In this document: piece by piece, positions 1 to 9,109 of the stretch
How the letters are laid out: every line of letters starts with the position of its first letter
Position numbering within the stretch: the stretch's first letter is position 1
DNA from: Desulfobacterales bacterium
GTDB lineage: Bacteria > Desulfobacterota > Desulfobacteria > Desulfobacterales > UBA2174
NCBI GenBank assembly: GCA_963668645.2
Contig: CAXXWC010000021.1
Coordinates: 544,001 to 608,000, forward strand
DNA length: 64,000 nucleotides
Reading direction: 5' to 3'
Program-made: the position numbers and the translations under genes
Notes under the pieces: generated by a model
Database searches by the model: none
Seen by the model: the letters and a program-made list of their open reading frames with translations, nothing else
Told to the model about the DNA's origin: nothing

Positions 1-541
1 GGATTGTGGGGGAAACCCAGATCAGAATACAAACTGCGCCAACTCCTCGCAACGTAGCCATCGCACTCGAGATGATATTCATCGCTACTTGCCGTTGTAG
101 ACCGAGAAGGCTACTGCTGTACAATCCTTCGACAAAACGAAGTGCAGTCACGATTCCCATGATCGTGAACGCTTCAGCGACAACCTGCACAGGAAAATTT
201 TCAGCTTTTAGCCACGATGTCGCCAGCCAATTCGATGATAGCGATACGCCAACTGCAATCAGGATCGCACAAAGGATCGAAAGAACCTCTGCGCTACGCA
301 AAAGATCGCGAATGGACTCTGAACAGATACTTCCACCTGTATAGCGCGCCATCTCCCGATTCATGGTCGGCTTCATGCCCATATCTAGCAGACCCAACCA
401 TGCTTGGAGCAGTGCGTAAAGACCAATCAGCCCATAGGCCTCAATACCGAGATACTTGATGTACAACGGAACGAAGGCTAGCGCCATAAAGGCAGTCCAG
501 CCTTGGCCTATATAATTGGCAATGAGATTGCGTCTGAGCAT
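1..541 (-). CDS. wzx: Wzx-type oligosaccharide/O-antigen flippase (5' part, runs off window)
   Basis: Not in the ORF track. Manual minus-strand translation from ATG 541 gives MLRRNLIANYIGQGWTAFMALAFVPLYIKYLGIEAYGLIGLYALLQAWLGLLDMGMKPTMNREMARYTGG..., a typical hydrophobic flippase N-terminus (LG.E.YG, DMG), downstream of the sugar genes. Confidence 0.85.
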   Translation of the reverse strand, partial: MLRRNLIANYIGQGWTAFMALAFVPLYIKYLGIEAYGLIGLYALLQAWLGLLDMGMKPTMNREMARYTGGSICSESIRDLLRSAEVLSILCAILIAVGVSLSSNWLATSWLKAENFPVQVVAEAFTIMGIVTALRFVEGLYSSSLLGLQRQVAMNIISSAMATLRGVGAVCILIWVSPTI

Positions 542-602
542 TTATCTGTTTAGGCTACCCAAGTGTTGTAATTGCGAAAATTTAAAGCGGGATAGGGGTT
601 AA

Positions 603-2688
603 CCCAAGTTTGCCAAATTTTTCTTCCCCGACCCCATTTTGGGTCTAAATTGGCCTGGATGGGCTACCCAACTATCTGAAAACACACGATCCGCCATTTC
701 TGCTGACCAATGTAGTGACCCACATATCAAAATAACTGTTGACCGTATCCCCTTTCCCGTGATACCTGCACGTGCATGTACATCAAACGTGTGCGAAAAT
801 CCCATCGCGGCTCCAAGAAGGTCTACGAATACCTGCACCTGGTCGAAAACGTGCGCACCCAGCACGGTCCGCGTCAGCGCCTGATTCTCAACCTCGGCGC
901 CATTGATCTGCCACAAGACAAATTCAAGGACCTGGCCAATTGCATCGAATCGATGCTCACCGGGCAACAACGCCTGTTTGACACCGATCGTAAGATTGAG
1001 AAACTGGCCCGCGTCGCCACCGATAAAATCCGCTCGAAACAGGCCACCAAAGTCGAACATGACGCCACAGATGTCCAACAGCCCATCTATCAGCACGTCG
1101 ATGTGGCCTCGATCGAGGCCAGCCAGGTCCGTTCATTGGGCTCCGAGTACGTCTGCCATTGTGTCTATAATGAGTTGAAAATAGACGACTTACTGATAGC
1201 CGAAGGTGTATCGACACACACCTTACCCCTGATCCAGGCCCTGGTGATCGGCCGGTTGGTATCACCCGGCAGCGAAGTGCACACATGGAACTGGGCCCTG
1301 CACCGCTCGGCGATATACGAACTGACCGGCCCGGTGCTGCGTCCGTCTCTCAACTCGCTGTACCGTGCCGGTGACCGCCTTTTTGAATGTAAGGACGCTC
1401 TGGAGCGGCACCTCGCCGCTCGCGAGAAAGACCTTTTTGATCTTCCCGAACGAATTTGCCTGTTTGACCTGACAAACACTTATTTTGAAGGCCAAATGGC
1501 CGCCAATGACAAGGCCAAGCGAGGGCGCAGCAAAGAAAAGCGCACCGACTGCAAGCTGTTGACGCTGGCGCTGGTGGTCGATGAACTCGGTTTTGCCAAA
1601 TACAGCCGTCTTTACCCCGGCAACCAGGTCGAGGGGCGTACTTTGGCGCAAATCATCGAGTCGCTGGTCGCGTTGCGGCCCAACCTGGCCAGGGACCGCA
1701 CGGTGGTCATCGATGCGGGCATCGCCACCGGACAGAACGTGGCCTATTTGAAAGCTAACGGCTTTCATTACATCGTGGTGCAACGGGGTAAGGCTGATTT
1801 CACCCCTGATGACATCCAGACGATGCAGATCATCCGCCAAAGCGACCAGTACACGCTAAAGGTCAAACGCCACGACCAGGACGGTGAAGCCCTGTTGCTA
1901 TGCCACAGCACTGGCCGCCAGGCAAAGGACCAGGGCATCCGCGGCCGGCAGGAACGCTTGTTTCTTGAGCGGCTGCGATACTATCAGGACGGTCTGAACA
2001 AAAAAGGGCGCACCAAGCGCTATTCCAAAGTGATCGAGATGATCGGCCGCCTGCGAGAAAAGTACCCGCGCGCTTCGAAGCTCTATGACGTTGAGGTGAC
2101 ACCCGAGGCGGCACCAGCGGCAAAGACCAACGCTCGGACGATCGTTTGGAAAAAGCGAGACCAGTATGATGCGCAGCGTCAGCTCGAGGGCTGCTATGTG
2201 CTCAGAACCGATCGCACTGAGCTGAGCGACGGTCAAATCTGGCAGACTTACGTAATGCTCACCCGGGTGGAAAGCGCCTTTCGCTCGCTGAAGTCTTCGC
2301 TGGGGCTCAGACCCAATTTTCACCAAAACCAAGAGCGCGCGGATACCCATCTATTCATATCGGTAATCGCCTACCACATCTTGCATACCATCGAATACAA
2401 GCTGCGCTTGTGCGGCGACCACCGCTCGTGGGCGACCATCTGTGAGATCTTGTCAACCCACCAGCGACTGACCATCGAATACAATGCCAAAGAGCAAGAG
2501 CAGGTGCGACGCAGCCATTTGCGCCTGTGCAGTACAGCCGAGCCCGAACACCGGCAGATCTACCAGCGCCTGAACCTAAAGGAGGCCCCGCTGCCAAAAA
2601 AAATCATGAACGCATAATCGGTAGTGACCACAACCGCCGCTAACCTCCCGAAATAACAACACCTGCAAAAATAACTGGCAAACTTGGG
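603..2688 (+). mobile_element. IS1634-family insertion sequence
   Basis: Perfect 13-bp terminal inverted repeats CCCAAGTTTGCCA (603-615) / TGGCAAACTTGGG (2676-2688). TTAA flanks both sides (599-602, 2689-2692), a likely target duplication. Confidence 0.9.
776..2617 (+). CDS. IS1634-family DDE transposase
   Basis: 613 aa. N-terminus Y..LVENVR....PRQR.ILNLG; DDE motifs FDLTNTYFEG, VIDAG, VESAFRSLKS.LGLRP.FHQ. Confidence 0.9.
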   Translation: MYIKRVRKSHRGSKKVYEYLHLVENVRTQHGPRQRLILNLGAIDLPQDKFKDLANCIESMLTGQQRLFDTDRKIEKLARVATDKIRSKQATKVEHDATDVQQPIYQHVDVASIEASQVRSLGSEYVCHCVYNELKIDDLLIAEGVSTHTLPLIQALVIGRLVSPGSEVHTWNWALHRSAIYELTGPVLRPSLNSLYRAGDRLFECKDALERHLAAREKDLFDLPERICLFDLTNTYFEGQMAANDKAKRGRSKEKRTDCKLLTLALVVDELGFAKYSRLYPGNQVEGRTLAQIIESLVALRPNLARDRTVVIDAGIATGQNVAYLKANGFHYIVVQRGKADFTPDDIQTMQIIRQSDQYTLKVKRHDQDGEALLLCHSTGRQAKDQGIRGRQERLFLERLRYYQDGLNKKGRTKRYSKVIEMIGRLREKYPRASKLYDVEVTPEAAPAAKTNARTIVWKKRDQYDAQRQLEGCYVLRTDRTELSDGQIWQTYVMLTRVESAFRSLKSSLGLRPNFHQNQERADTHLFISVIAYHILHTIEYKLRLCGDHRSWATICEILSTHQRLTIEYNAKEQEQVRRSHLRLCSTAEPEHRQIYQRLNLKEAPLPKKIMNA

Positions 2689-2715
2689 TTAAGGTTTCCA
2701 TATGATATCAGTGTT

Positions 2716-3462
2716 TCAGGCGACACGTTTTAAATAACCTTCTGGTGCGACGGTTATTAGCAATTTATGTTGGATATTTTTATCAATTTCGAACTCAGGA
2801 TGATTTTTCAGATATTCCCAAACAGCGGTTTTAGGATTATTCCCGGGTCCCCAAGGTCGATCCGGGAACAGATCTGCCGGCATGTCTTCAATAATGGTAT
2901 CGAAGACTACGCAATAGCTGCCCTCGCTGACTAATGGCGCATAGGCATTCAGTTCTGCAAGTACGTGGTTGTGTGTGTGGTTGCTGTCCAGGCATACCAG
3001 AACCCTTTGCTTTCCAGCAGCCTTTAACTTCACCTTAGCAATAATCTCAGGCTCAATGCTTGAGCCTTCAATCATCGTAATGCGCTTGAACATCGGGTGC
3101 GCTTCAATGGCTGTACGGTTATGAGCACGGATGTCAATATCCACACCTAACACCTCAGCATCCTGAGGGCCATCGGAGGCCGCGTTCAGCTCCAGCATTG
3201 AGGCATAGAAAATCAGCGAACCTCCGTGGGCAATGCCTGTTTCGATGATTAGGTCTGGTTTTACTGCCCATATGATCTCTTGCATTGCTATGATATCTTG
3301 CGGGTACTGGATGATAGGGCGTCCTTGCCAACAAAAATTATAGGAATACTTTGGCAACGTACTAGCAATCATGAAGTTTACAGCAGCATGGGATATCTCG
3401 CTGTCCGGATATGATCTAATACGTTCTGTGCATTCGTTAAAAAATTTTTCTATTTTATCCAT
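2716..3462 (-). CDS. CmcI (cephalosporin hydroxylase)-family SAM-dependent protein, probable sugar O-methyltransferase
   Basis: WQGRPIIQYPQD, KPDLIIETGIAHGGS, LDSNHTH..VLAEL, WGPGNNPKTAV motifs. Confidence 0.85.
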   Translation of the reverse strand: MDKIEKFFNECTERIRSYPDSEISHAAVNFMIASTLPKYSYNFCWQGRPIIQYPQDIIAMQEIIWAVKPDLIIETGIAHGGSLIFYASMLELNAASDGPQDAEVLGVDIDIRAHNRTAIEAHPMFKRITMIEGSSIEPEIIAKVKLKAAGKQRVLVCLDSNHTHNHVLAELNAYAPLVSEGSYCVVFDTIIEDMPADLFPDRPWGPGNNPKTAVWEYLKNHPEFEIDKNIQHKLLITVAPEGYLKRVA

Positions 3463-3465
3463 ACT

Positions 3466-4311
3466 CTACAAAGACCTCTCAAGGATAGTGTGTAGTTTAT
3501 CAGAGCGCCCCCAAAAAGCCATTGGCTCATAATCGGGGTAGAGGTAGTGCCCAAGATTAAGGTCAATGATCCAACCATTTTCCTTTATCCAAGATTCTAC
3601 CAGTTTACGAACTGAAATCGGCTTTCCTGAACAAATATTCACGATTCCATTATTTTTCTTGTTCATCGCTATGGAAACCAGATACTCAGCAACTTTAGTA
3701 GCAGGAAGATAATCCCGCAACTGTTCACCACCAGACATATTGAACACCTTGTCACCCTGCTTCACTGCTCTTTTAACTTGAGGCAGAAGTGAATTTTCTG
3801 CTTGTCCATCCCCGTATAAATAAAAAAGCCGTGCCCAAGTCAGGTTGAAGGATTGCATCGTTTGAAGGTATTCGAGTTGCCGTCGTAATACATCTTTGGC
3901 AAAACCGTAAGGATTACTTGGACGAGTTTCCAATTCTTCACTAAGTGGCCCAGATTGCATTCCGTATTCAAAACAGGTTCCTGTGACTACAAGATTTTTT
4001 AACCCGGAATTGACCATTCTATTTAAAAACCGATACTGCGCCGGTAATTCCTCTTCAAAGTGATGCAAAGATTTGTAGTTGGGTAACCCAGACCATGCCA
4101 GATGAATTAAAACGTCAGGCTGACCTAATAACTCAAATGGATTTGCCGGCGGTTCTCTAAGGTCAATTAAAACGGTTGAATACTTGGAAAGAGGTGCTGT
4201 AATTCTTCCTGAAGGCCGGCATACTAGTATCGGAGATATGGATCGTAGCTCCATTTCTGCTACAATATGCTTTCCGATAAAACCAGTCGCACCCGTTACT
4301 ACAATTTTCAT
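3466..4311 (-). CDS. NAD-dependent epimerase/dehydratase-family protein (probable NDP-4-keto-sugar reductase)
   Basis: VTGATGFIG Rossmann motif, GTCFEYG, YxxxK (YGFAK). Confidence 0.85.
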   Translation of the reverse strand: MKIVVTGATGFIGKHIVAEMELRSISPILVCRPSGRITAPLSKYSTVLIDLREPPANPFELLGQPDVLIHLAWSGLPNYKSLHHFEEELPAQYRFLNRMVNSGLKNLVVTGTCFEYGMQSGPLSEELETRPSNPYGFAKDVLRRQLEYLQTMQSFNLTWARLFYLYGDGQAENSLLPQVKRAVKQGDKVFNMSGGEQLRDYLPATKVAEYLVSIAMNKKNNGIVNICSGKPISVRKLVESWIKENGWIIDLNLGHYLYPDYEPMAFWGRSDKLHTILERSL

Positions 4312-5534
4312 TAATCAACCTCCACCTGTTGGACGACTGTAACGAATTTGCTGCCACTCAGTATGATGTATTCAAGTTGTTTCATAATTTCATCTTTCAG
4401 ATTCCATGGCAAAATAAGCACATAATCCGGCTTCTGCTCACGTAACTTAGCCGGCGACACAATAGGAATATGGCTACCAGGCAAAAACTTGCCCTGTTTT
4501 GATGGCGCGGCATCACATACGAAAGGTAAGAGATCGGGCTTCACCCCCGCATAATTCAATAGGGTATTTCCCTTGGCCGCTGCTCCATAAGCCGCAACGG
4601 TCCGTCCTGTGCGCTTCTGTTCAATCAGAAACGACAGCAAATCATCTTTGACCCAATCGGCCCGCGCCTGAAAATTCTGATAGACCGCCAACGCGCGTAA
4701 ACCACCCTGCTCTTCATCGTATAGCGCTTGTTGCACCGCCGGTGTCTCACTGCGCGAATCATCCTCATGGACTCCGTACACCCGCAGGCTGCCACCATGT
4801 GTCGGCAACTGCTCCACATCCCAAACTCGCAGCCCATGGACCTTGAAGATGTGCTGCACGGTATAAAGCGAAAGATAGGAAAAATGCTCGTGGTAAACCG
4901 TATCGAACTGGATCTCCTCAATCAGCTTTAGCAGCTGAGGGAACTCCAGTGTAATGACTCCACCCGGTTTGAGAGCTGCCTTCAGTCCGGTAGTGAAATC
5001 GTTGATATTCGGCACATGGGCATACACATTGTTGCCGATGATCAGATCGGCTCGCCGGCCTTCATTAGCCAGTCGCCGGCCAAGCTCGGCACCGAAAAAC
5101 TCTTGCTGAACCGGTATACCAAGCGCCTCGGCTGCCACTGCAGTATCCCTGGTCGGCTCAATACCGAGACAAGGGATGTCGGCGCTGACGAAATTCCGCA
5201 GTAAATAGCCGTCATTAGATGCCACTTCGATCACGAAACTGCCAGTATCCAGAGCCAGTCGTTCGCAAATCATGCCAGAGTACTGGGCTGCGTGCTCCAG
5301 CCAAGTCGAGGAGGTGGACGAAAAATAGGCATAATCCGCCTGAAACAGCTCATCGGCTCGGGAGTGGTCCTCGGTCTGTACCAGCCAACACTGGTCGCAG
5401 ACATACAGTTTGAGAGGGAAATAAAGCTCGGGCCGGTGCAAATCCTCCGCCTTTAAATAGGCATTTGACGGGGGTGCGAAACCGAGATCAAGAAAAACGT
5501 GGGTAAGCGGGGTGCGGCAATGACGGCAGTTCAT
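4311..5534 (-). CDS. NDP-hexose C-methyltransferase (Zn-binding N-terminus, class I SAM)
   Basis: CRHC...CDQC zinc motif, EVASNDGYLL, FDTVYHEH.SY, THGGSLR, YGAAAKGNTLLN. Confidence 0.9.
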   Translation of the reverse strand: MNCRHCRTPLTHVFLDLGFAPPSNAYLKAEDLHRPELYFPLKLYVCDQCWLVQTEDHSRADELFQADYAYFSSTSSTWLEHAAQYSGMICERLALDTGSFVIEVASNDGYLLRNFVSADIPCLGIEPTRDTAVAAEALGIPVQQEFFGAELGRRLANEGRRADLIIGNNVYAHVPNINDFTTGLKAALKPGGVITLEFPQLLKLIEEIQFDTVYHEHFSYLSLYTVQHIFKVHGLRVWDVEQLPTHGGSLRVYGVHEDDSRSETPAVQQALYDEEQGGLRALAVYQNFQARADWVKDDLLSFLIEQKRTGRTVAAYGAAAKGNTLLNYAGVKPDLLPFVCDAAPSKQGKFLPGSHIPIVSPAKLREQKPDYVLILPWNLKDEIMKQLEYIILSGSKFVTVVQQVEVD

Positions 5535-6094
5535 AGCGTCAGTCCTGAAAAGTTAAAATCAAGAAGAGGATGTCGTTGATCTCGCGGCGACAAGTCGGTG
5601 ACAGTCATCGGCCAGGTGATAGCCAGCTGCGGATCGTCATAGCGGAGCCCCCCCTCCGCCTCCGGCGCGTAAGCCGCCGTGTGGAGATACAATAATTCGC
5701 TTTCCGGCTCCAACACCTGGAATCCATGGGCGCAACCCTCGGGAATTACCATCATGCTCGCATTGCCTGACGACAGCTCCTCGCCATGCCATTTTAGAAA
5801 TGTCGCTGAACCAGATCGTAGATCAACGGCAACATCCCAAACACGCCCAGTAAGGCAAATCACTATCTTGATCTCGGCATGTGGCGGATACTGGAAGTGC
5901 AGGCCGCGCACCGCCCCCCGTTGAGCCGTCAAACTGTGATTGATTTGAACAATGCTTCGTCCATCCAGCACGTTGGATAGTTCTTCGGCGCAAAACAGCC
6001 GTTCGAAATATCCCCGGTGGTCGCCTATGGGGTGACGTTGAAGCCTATTTACACCGGCGATCTGTGTATTAAGAATAGTGAAGCGCAAACTCAT
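5531..6094 (-). CDS. rfbC: dTDP-4-dehydrorhamnose 3,5-epimerase-family protein (RmlC/RfbC-like)
   Basis: D.RG.F.R, RGLHFQ, DVAVDLR..S.TF, PEGCAHGFQ. Confidence 0.85.
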   Translation of the reverse strand: MSLRFTILNTQIAGVNRLQRHPIGDHRGYFERLFCAEELSNVLDGRSIVQINHSLTAQRGAVRGLHFQYPPHAEIKIVICLTGRVWDVAVDLRSGSATFLKWHGEELSSGNASMMVIPEGCAHGFQVLEPESELLYLHTAAYAPEAEGGLRYDDPQLAITWPMTVTDLSPRDQRHPLLDFNFSGLTL

Positions 6095-7182
6095 ATCGGG
6101 CGCGCCGTTTCGTATGCGTGAATTTGTTCAAGACTATAGGCTGCCATATCAGTACCCTGCCGCCAAGCTTTATACCAGGCTATGGTTTGTTCCGCCGCCT
6201 TTGCCAGCGACCAGCACGGTTGCCAGTTCAACTTGGTGCGGGCTAAGGTGCTGTCGAGACGAAGCAGACCCGCTTCGTGGGGATAATCAGCGGACGGAGC
6301 CCATTCTACCCTTACCCGCTCGCCCCATAACCGTGCTAACATATCAGCCAAATTGCTCACCGTGGCATCACCGCTGGCTTCCGGGCCAAAATTCCAGGCA
6401 TTGGCCAGGGAATCACCGTTGGGAGCCAACAAATTCTCAGCCAATCGCAGATAGCCGGCCAAGGGCTCAAGAACGTGCTGCCAGGGCCTTACCGCTTGAG
6501 GGGAACGCAACAACACCGGAATATTTTTCATAAATGACCGCACGCAGTCTGGCGCCAGCCGATCTTCCGACCAATCCCCCCCGCCGATGACATTGCCTGC
6601 TCGAGCGGTCGCTATCCGGGCAGGATGCCCACTGATTCCCGTGAAAAAACTTGCCCGGTAACTGGCGGCCACCAATTCTGCCGCCGCCTTGCTGGCACTG
6701 TACAGGTCATGGCCGCCGAGCGGATCGATCTCGCGATAGGGATAATTCCACTCGCGGTTTTCATAGACCTTGTCGGTAGTGATCAATACTATCCCACGCA
6801 CCGCATCGCAGATCCGCGCGGCTTCCAGCACATTGGCCGTACCCATCACATTATCGGACAAGGTCCTTAGCGGATCGATATAACTTACCCGCACCAGAGG
6901 CTGGGCTGCCAGATGAAAGACGATTTCAGGTTGAACCCGGCGGAAGGTTGCGTCAAGCTGTTCGCGATCCGATAGGTTTGCGCGGGTGTCCGAAGCAAGC
7001 AAGGCGCCTATGCGGGCGACTTCGAACAGGCTGGGTTCTGTCGGCGGATCAAGTGCATACCCATGCACCTGGGCGCCGAACCGATGAAGCCACAGCGACA
7101 ACCAACTGCCCTTGAAACCAGTATGGCCGGTCAGAAGGACCCGTTTGTCTTGCCAAAAAGTCGCAGAGGTGTTGACTGACAT
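6091..7182 (-). CDS. rfbG: CDP-glucose 4,6-dehydratase
   Basis: TGHTGFKGSWL, FHLAAQPLVR.SY, ARAGNVIGGGDW, RPWQHVLEPL. Start placed at ATG 7182, overlapping the rfbF stop. Confidence 0.95.
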   Translation of the reverse strand: MSVNTSATFWQDKRVLLTGHTGFKGSWLSLWLHRFGAQVHGYALDPPTEPSLFEVARIGALLASDTRANLSDREQLDATFRRVQPEIVFHLAAQPLVRVSYIDPLRTLSDNVMGTANVLEAARICDAVRGIVLITTDKVYENREWNYPYREIDPLGGHDLYSASKAAAELVAASYRASFFTGISGHPARIATARAGNVIGGGDWSEDRLAPDCVRSFMKNIPVLLRSPQAVRPWQHVLEPLAGYLRLAENLLAPNGDSLANAWNFGPEASGDATVSNLADMLARLWGERVRVEWAPSADYPHEAGLLRLDSTLARTKLNWQPCWSLAKAAEQTIAWYKAWRQGTDMAAYSLEQIHAYETARPI

Positions 7183-7952
7183 TACTCCCAAATCTTCCAC
7201 GGAGCTTCACCATTTTCCCATAGGGCCTCGAGCCGTTTTTTGTCACGAAGGGTGTCCATGGGCTGCCAGAAGCCTTGGTGCTCATAGGCCATCAATTGCC
7301 CCATTTTGGCAATCTCAACGAGGGGGGTGCCCTCCCATGGGGTTTCGTCGCTTTTAATCAGATCTAAGCACCTTGGCGACAGCACGAAAAATCCACCGTT
7401 AATCAATCCGCCATCTCCCCTGGGTTTTTCCATAAAACCGTTTACCTGTTCGCCTTCCATCTGCAGAGCCCCATAGCGTCCTGGAGGCTGCACGGCCGTC
7501 ACCGTCGCCCATCGACCATGCTGGTGATGAAAGGCGATCAGCGACTGGATGTTCACATCGCTTAACCCGTCACCGTAAGTAAAGCAAAAAGGTTCGTCGT
7601 TCAGATACGGCTTGACCCGCTTGAGCCTGCCGCCAGTCATGGAGGCCTCGCCAGTGTCAACCAAGGTGACGCGCCAAGGTTCGCAATGGTTTTTGTGAAT
7701 CTGCATCTGATTGTTGCACATATCGAAAGTCACATCCGACATGTGGAGGAAATAATTGGCGAAATATTCCTTAATGACATACCCTTTGTAGCCTAAGCAG
7801 ACAATAAAATCGTTTATCCCGTGGGTCGAATAGATCTTGAGGATATGCCACAGGATCGGCTTCCCGCCGATTTCAATCATAGGCTTTGGCTTGAGGTGTG
7901 ACTCTTCACTGATGCGGGTGCCGAGACCACCGGCGAGGATGACGGCTTTCAC
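7182..7952 (-). CDS. rfbF: glucose-1-phosphate cytidylyltransferase
   Basis: [16 protein letters not shown]...[31 protein letters not shown] start at 7952 with GGAG upstream. Confidence 0.95.
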   Translation of the reverse strand: MKAVILAGGLGTRISEESHLKPKPMIEIGGKPILWHILKIYSTHGINDFIVCLGYKGYVIKEYFANYFLHMSDVTFDMCNNQMQIHKNHCEPWRVTLVDTGEASMTGGRLKRVKPYLNDEPFCFTYGDGLSDVNIQSLIAFHHQHGRWATVTAVQPPGRYGALQMEGEQVNGFMEKPRGDGGLINGGFFVLSPRCLDLIKSDETPWEGTPLVEIAKMGQLMAYEHQGFWQPMDTLRDKKRLEALWENGEAPWKIWE

Positions 7953-8320
7953 TTTATCGAACTCCAAGGAAAGAGTTGGGGACGAAAGAAGTTGAAGACA
8001 TTCTATGTCCTTTATGTCAATATATTTTTATCAACTATGAAATCAGCATGTTAAACGCTGACTAAACCAATTTGCACACTCCACCATCCCGCCTTGACGA
8101 CAGCCCTGAATGTTCCCGGCGATCTTCTCTCTTGCGATGAACTCGTACCCTGATCGTTACGTTTATCCGACATCCGGTGCTGCTGTCTCGGCACCGCTGT
8201 CCATCATTCCTTATCAAGGCTCTGAGTTCTAATTCCATTTTGCATTCAAGATGATTTCAATGTATACTTCTGCTCGTACCACGTCCTTGTCCTTCACCCC
8301 GACAGAGGAGGTGCAAGCAG

Positions 8321-8386
8321 ATGGCCAGACCCGCTACGATCAACAACGAGATGGTAGAAGCTGCCCAGGAAATCGTACAAGGCCTT
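8321..8386 (+). pseudogene. possible 5' stub of a transposase (IS630-like HTH start)
   Basis: Strong RBS (GAGGAGG) followed by MARPATINNEMVEAAQEIVQ, which breaks off at the 85-bp repeat. The family guess is from memory only. Confidence 0.3.
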
Positions 8387-8471
8387 TGGGGTCGTACCAC
8401 GAAATATCTCATTATTACAAATTGTTAAACATCAAAACAGCCCCAAAATCGACCTTAGAAGCCCCTTTTTG
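8387..8471. repeat. 85-bp dispersed repeat, copy A
   Basis: Ungapped manual alignment to 13032-13116 gives 69/85 identity. Begins TGGGGTCG. Confidence 0.9.
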
Positions 8472-8545
8472 AGCCTGAAAAGGGCGGTTTAAGCGTTGGG
8501 AGCGTCTGGCCGCAGGAGCGGCGTTCAAAATTCAAAACTCCAAAT

Positions 8546-9103
8546 TCAAGATTGGCGCCTGCGGCGCGTTACAGGTTGCCGCTGATACTCGGTTTGCCGT
8601 TCTTTGGCGGTAAAGCCGATTTTCTTTCTCGGTACCGAATCCGCCGAGATCAACTGATCCAACGTCTCGAATACAATCCGGAATCTGCCTTCTGTTTCGG
8701 CTTTGAGATCTTCTATTTCTTTTCGAATCTCCGCCTGATCGAAAATAACTTGCCGAATTCGATTAAAAACTCTTACTATCTGAATATTGATTTGAATGGC
8801 CCGTTCGCTATTCAAAACGGATGAAAGCATAAGAACACCATGTTCCGTGAATGCCATCGGAGCGTACCTTGAACCTCCCCAACTTGAGGTCGCATTTTGC
8901 GACCTCAAGTTTTTGTACTCGCTGGCACTCAACTCAAACATGAAGTCTTCAGGGAATCTGCTGATGTTTCTCCGGACCTGTTCCTTCAATCTTTTTGTCT
9001 CTACATCGTAAAGATTTGCGAGATCGCGATCCAACATTACCTTCTTACCTCGAATCTGGTAGATAAGCTCGGCAATGTTTTCGATTTCTACAATTTCATT
9101 CAT
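8546..9103 (-). CDS. ORF6N-domain DNA-binding protein
   Basis: IYQIRGKKVMLDRDLA.LY.VET..L...V.RN..RFPEDFMF.L, P.AFTEHGV.MLSSVLNS. Confidence 0.9.
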   Translation of the reverse strand: MNEIVEIENIAELIYQIRGKKVMLDRDLANLYDVETKRLKEQVRRNISRFPEDFMFELSASEYKNLRSQNATSSWGGSRYAPMAFTEHGVLMLSSVLNSERAIQINIQIVRVFNRIRQVIFDQAEIRKEIEDLKAETEGRFRIVFETLDQLISADSVPRKKIGFTAKERQTEYQRQPVTRRRRQS

Positions 9104-9109
9104 GACTAG

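Noticed and set aside
6..459. plus-strand ORFs of 112 and 80 aa
   Set aside because: They overlap the minus-strand wzx frame, which has clear family features
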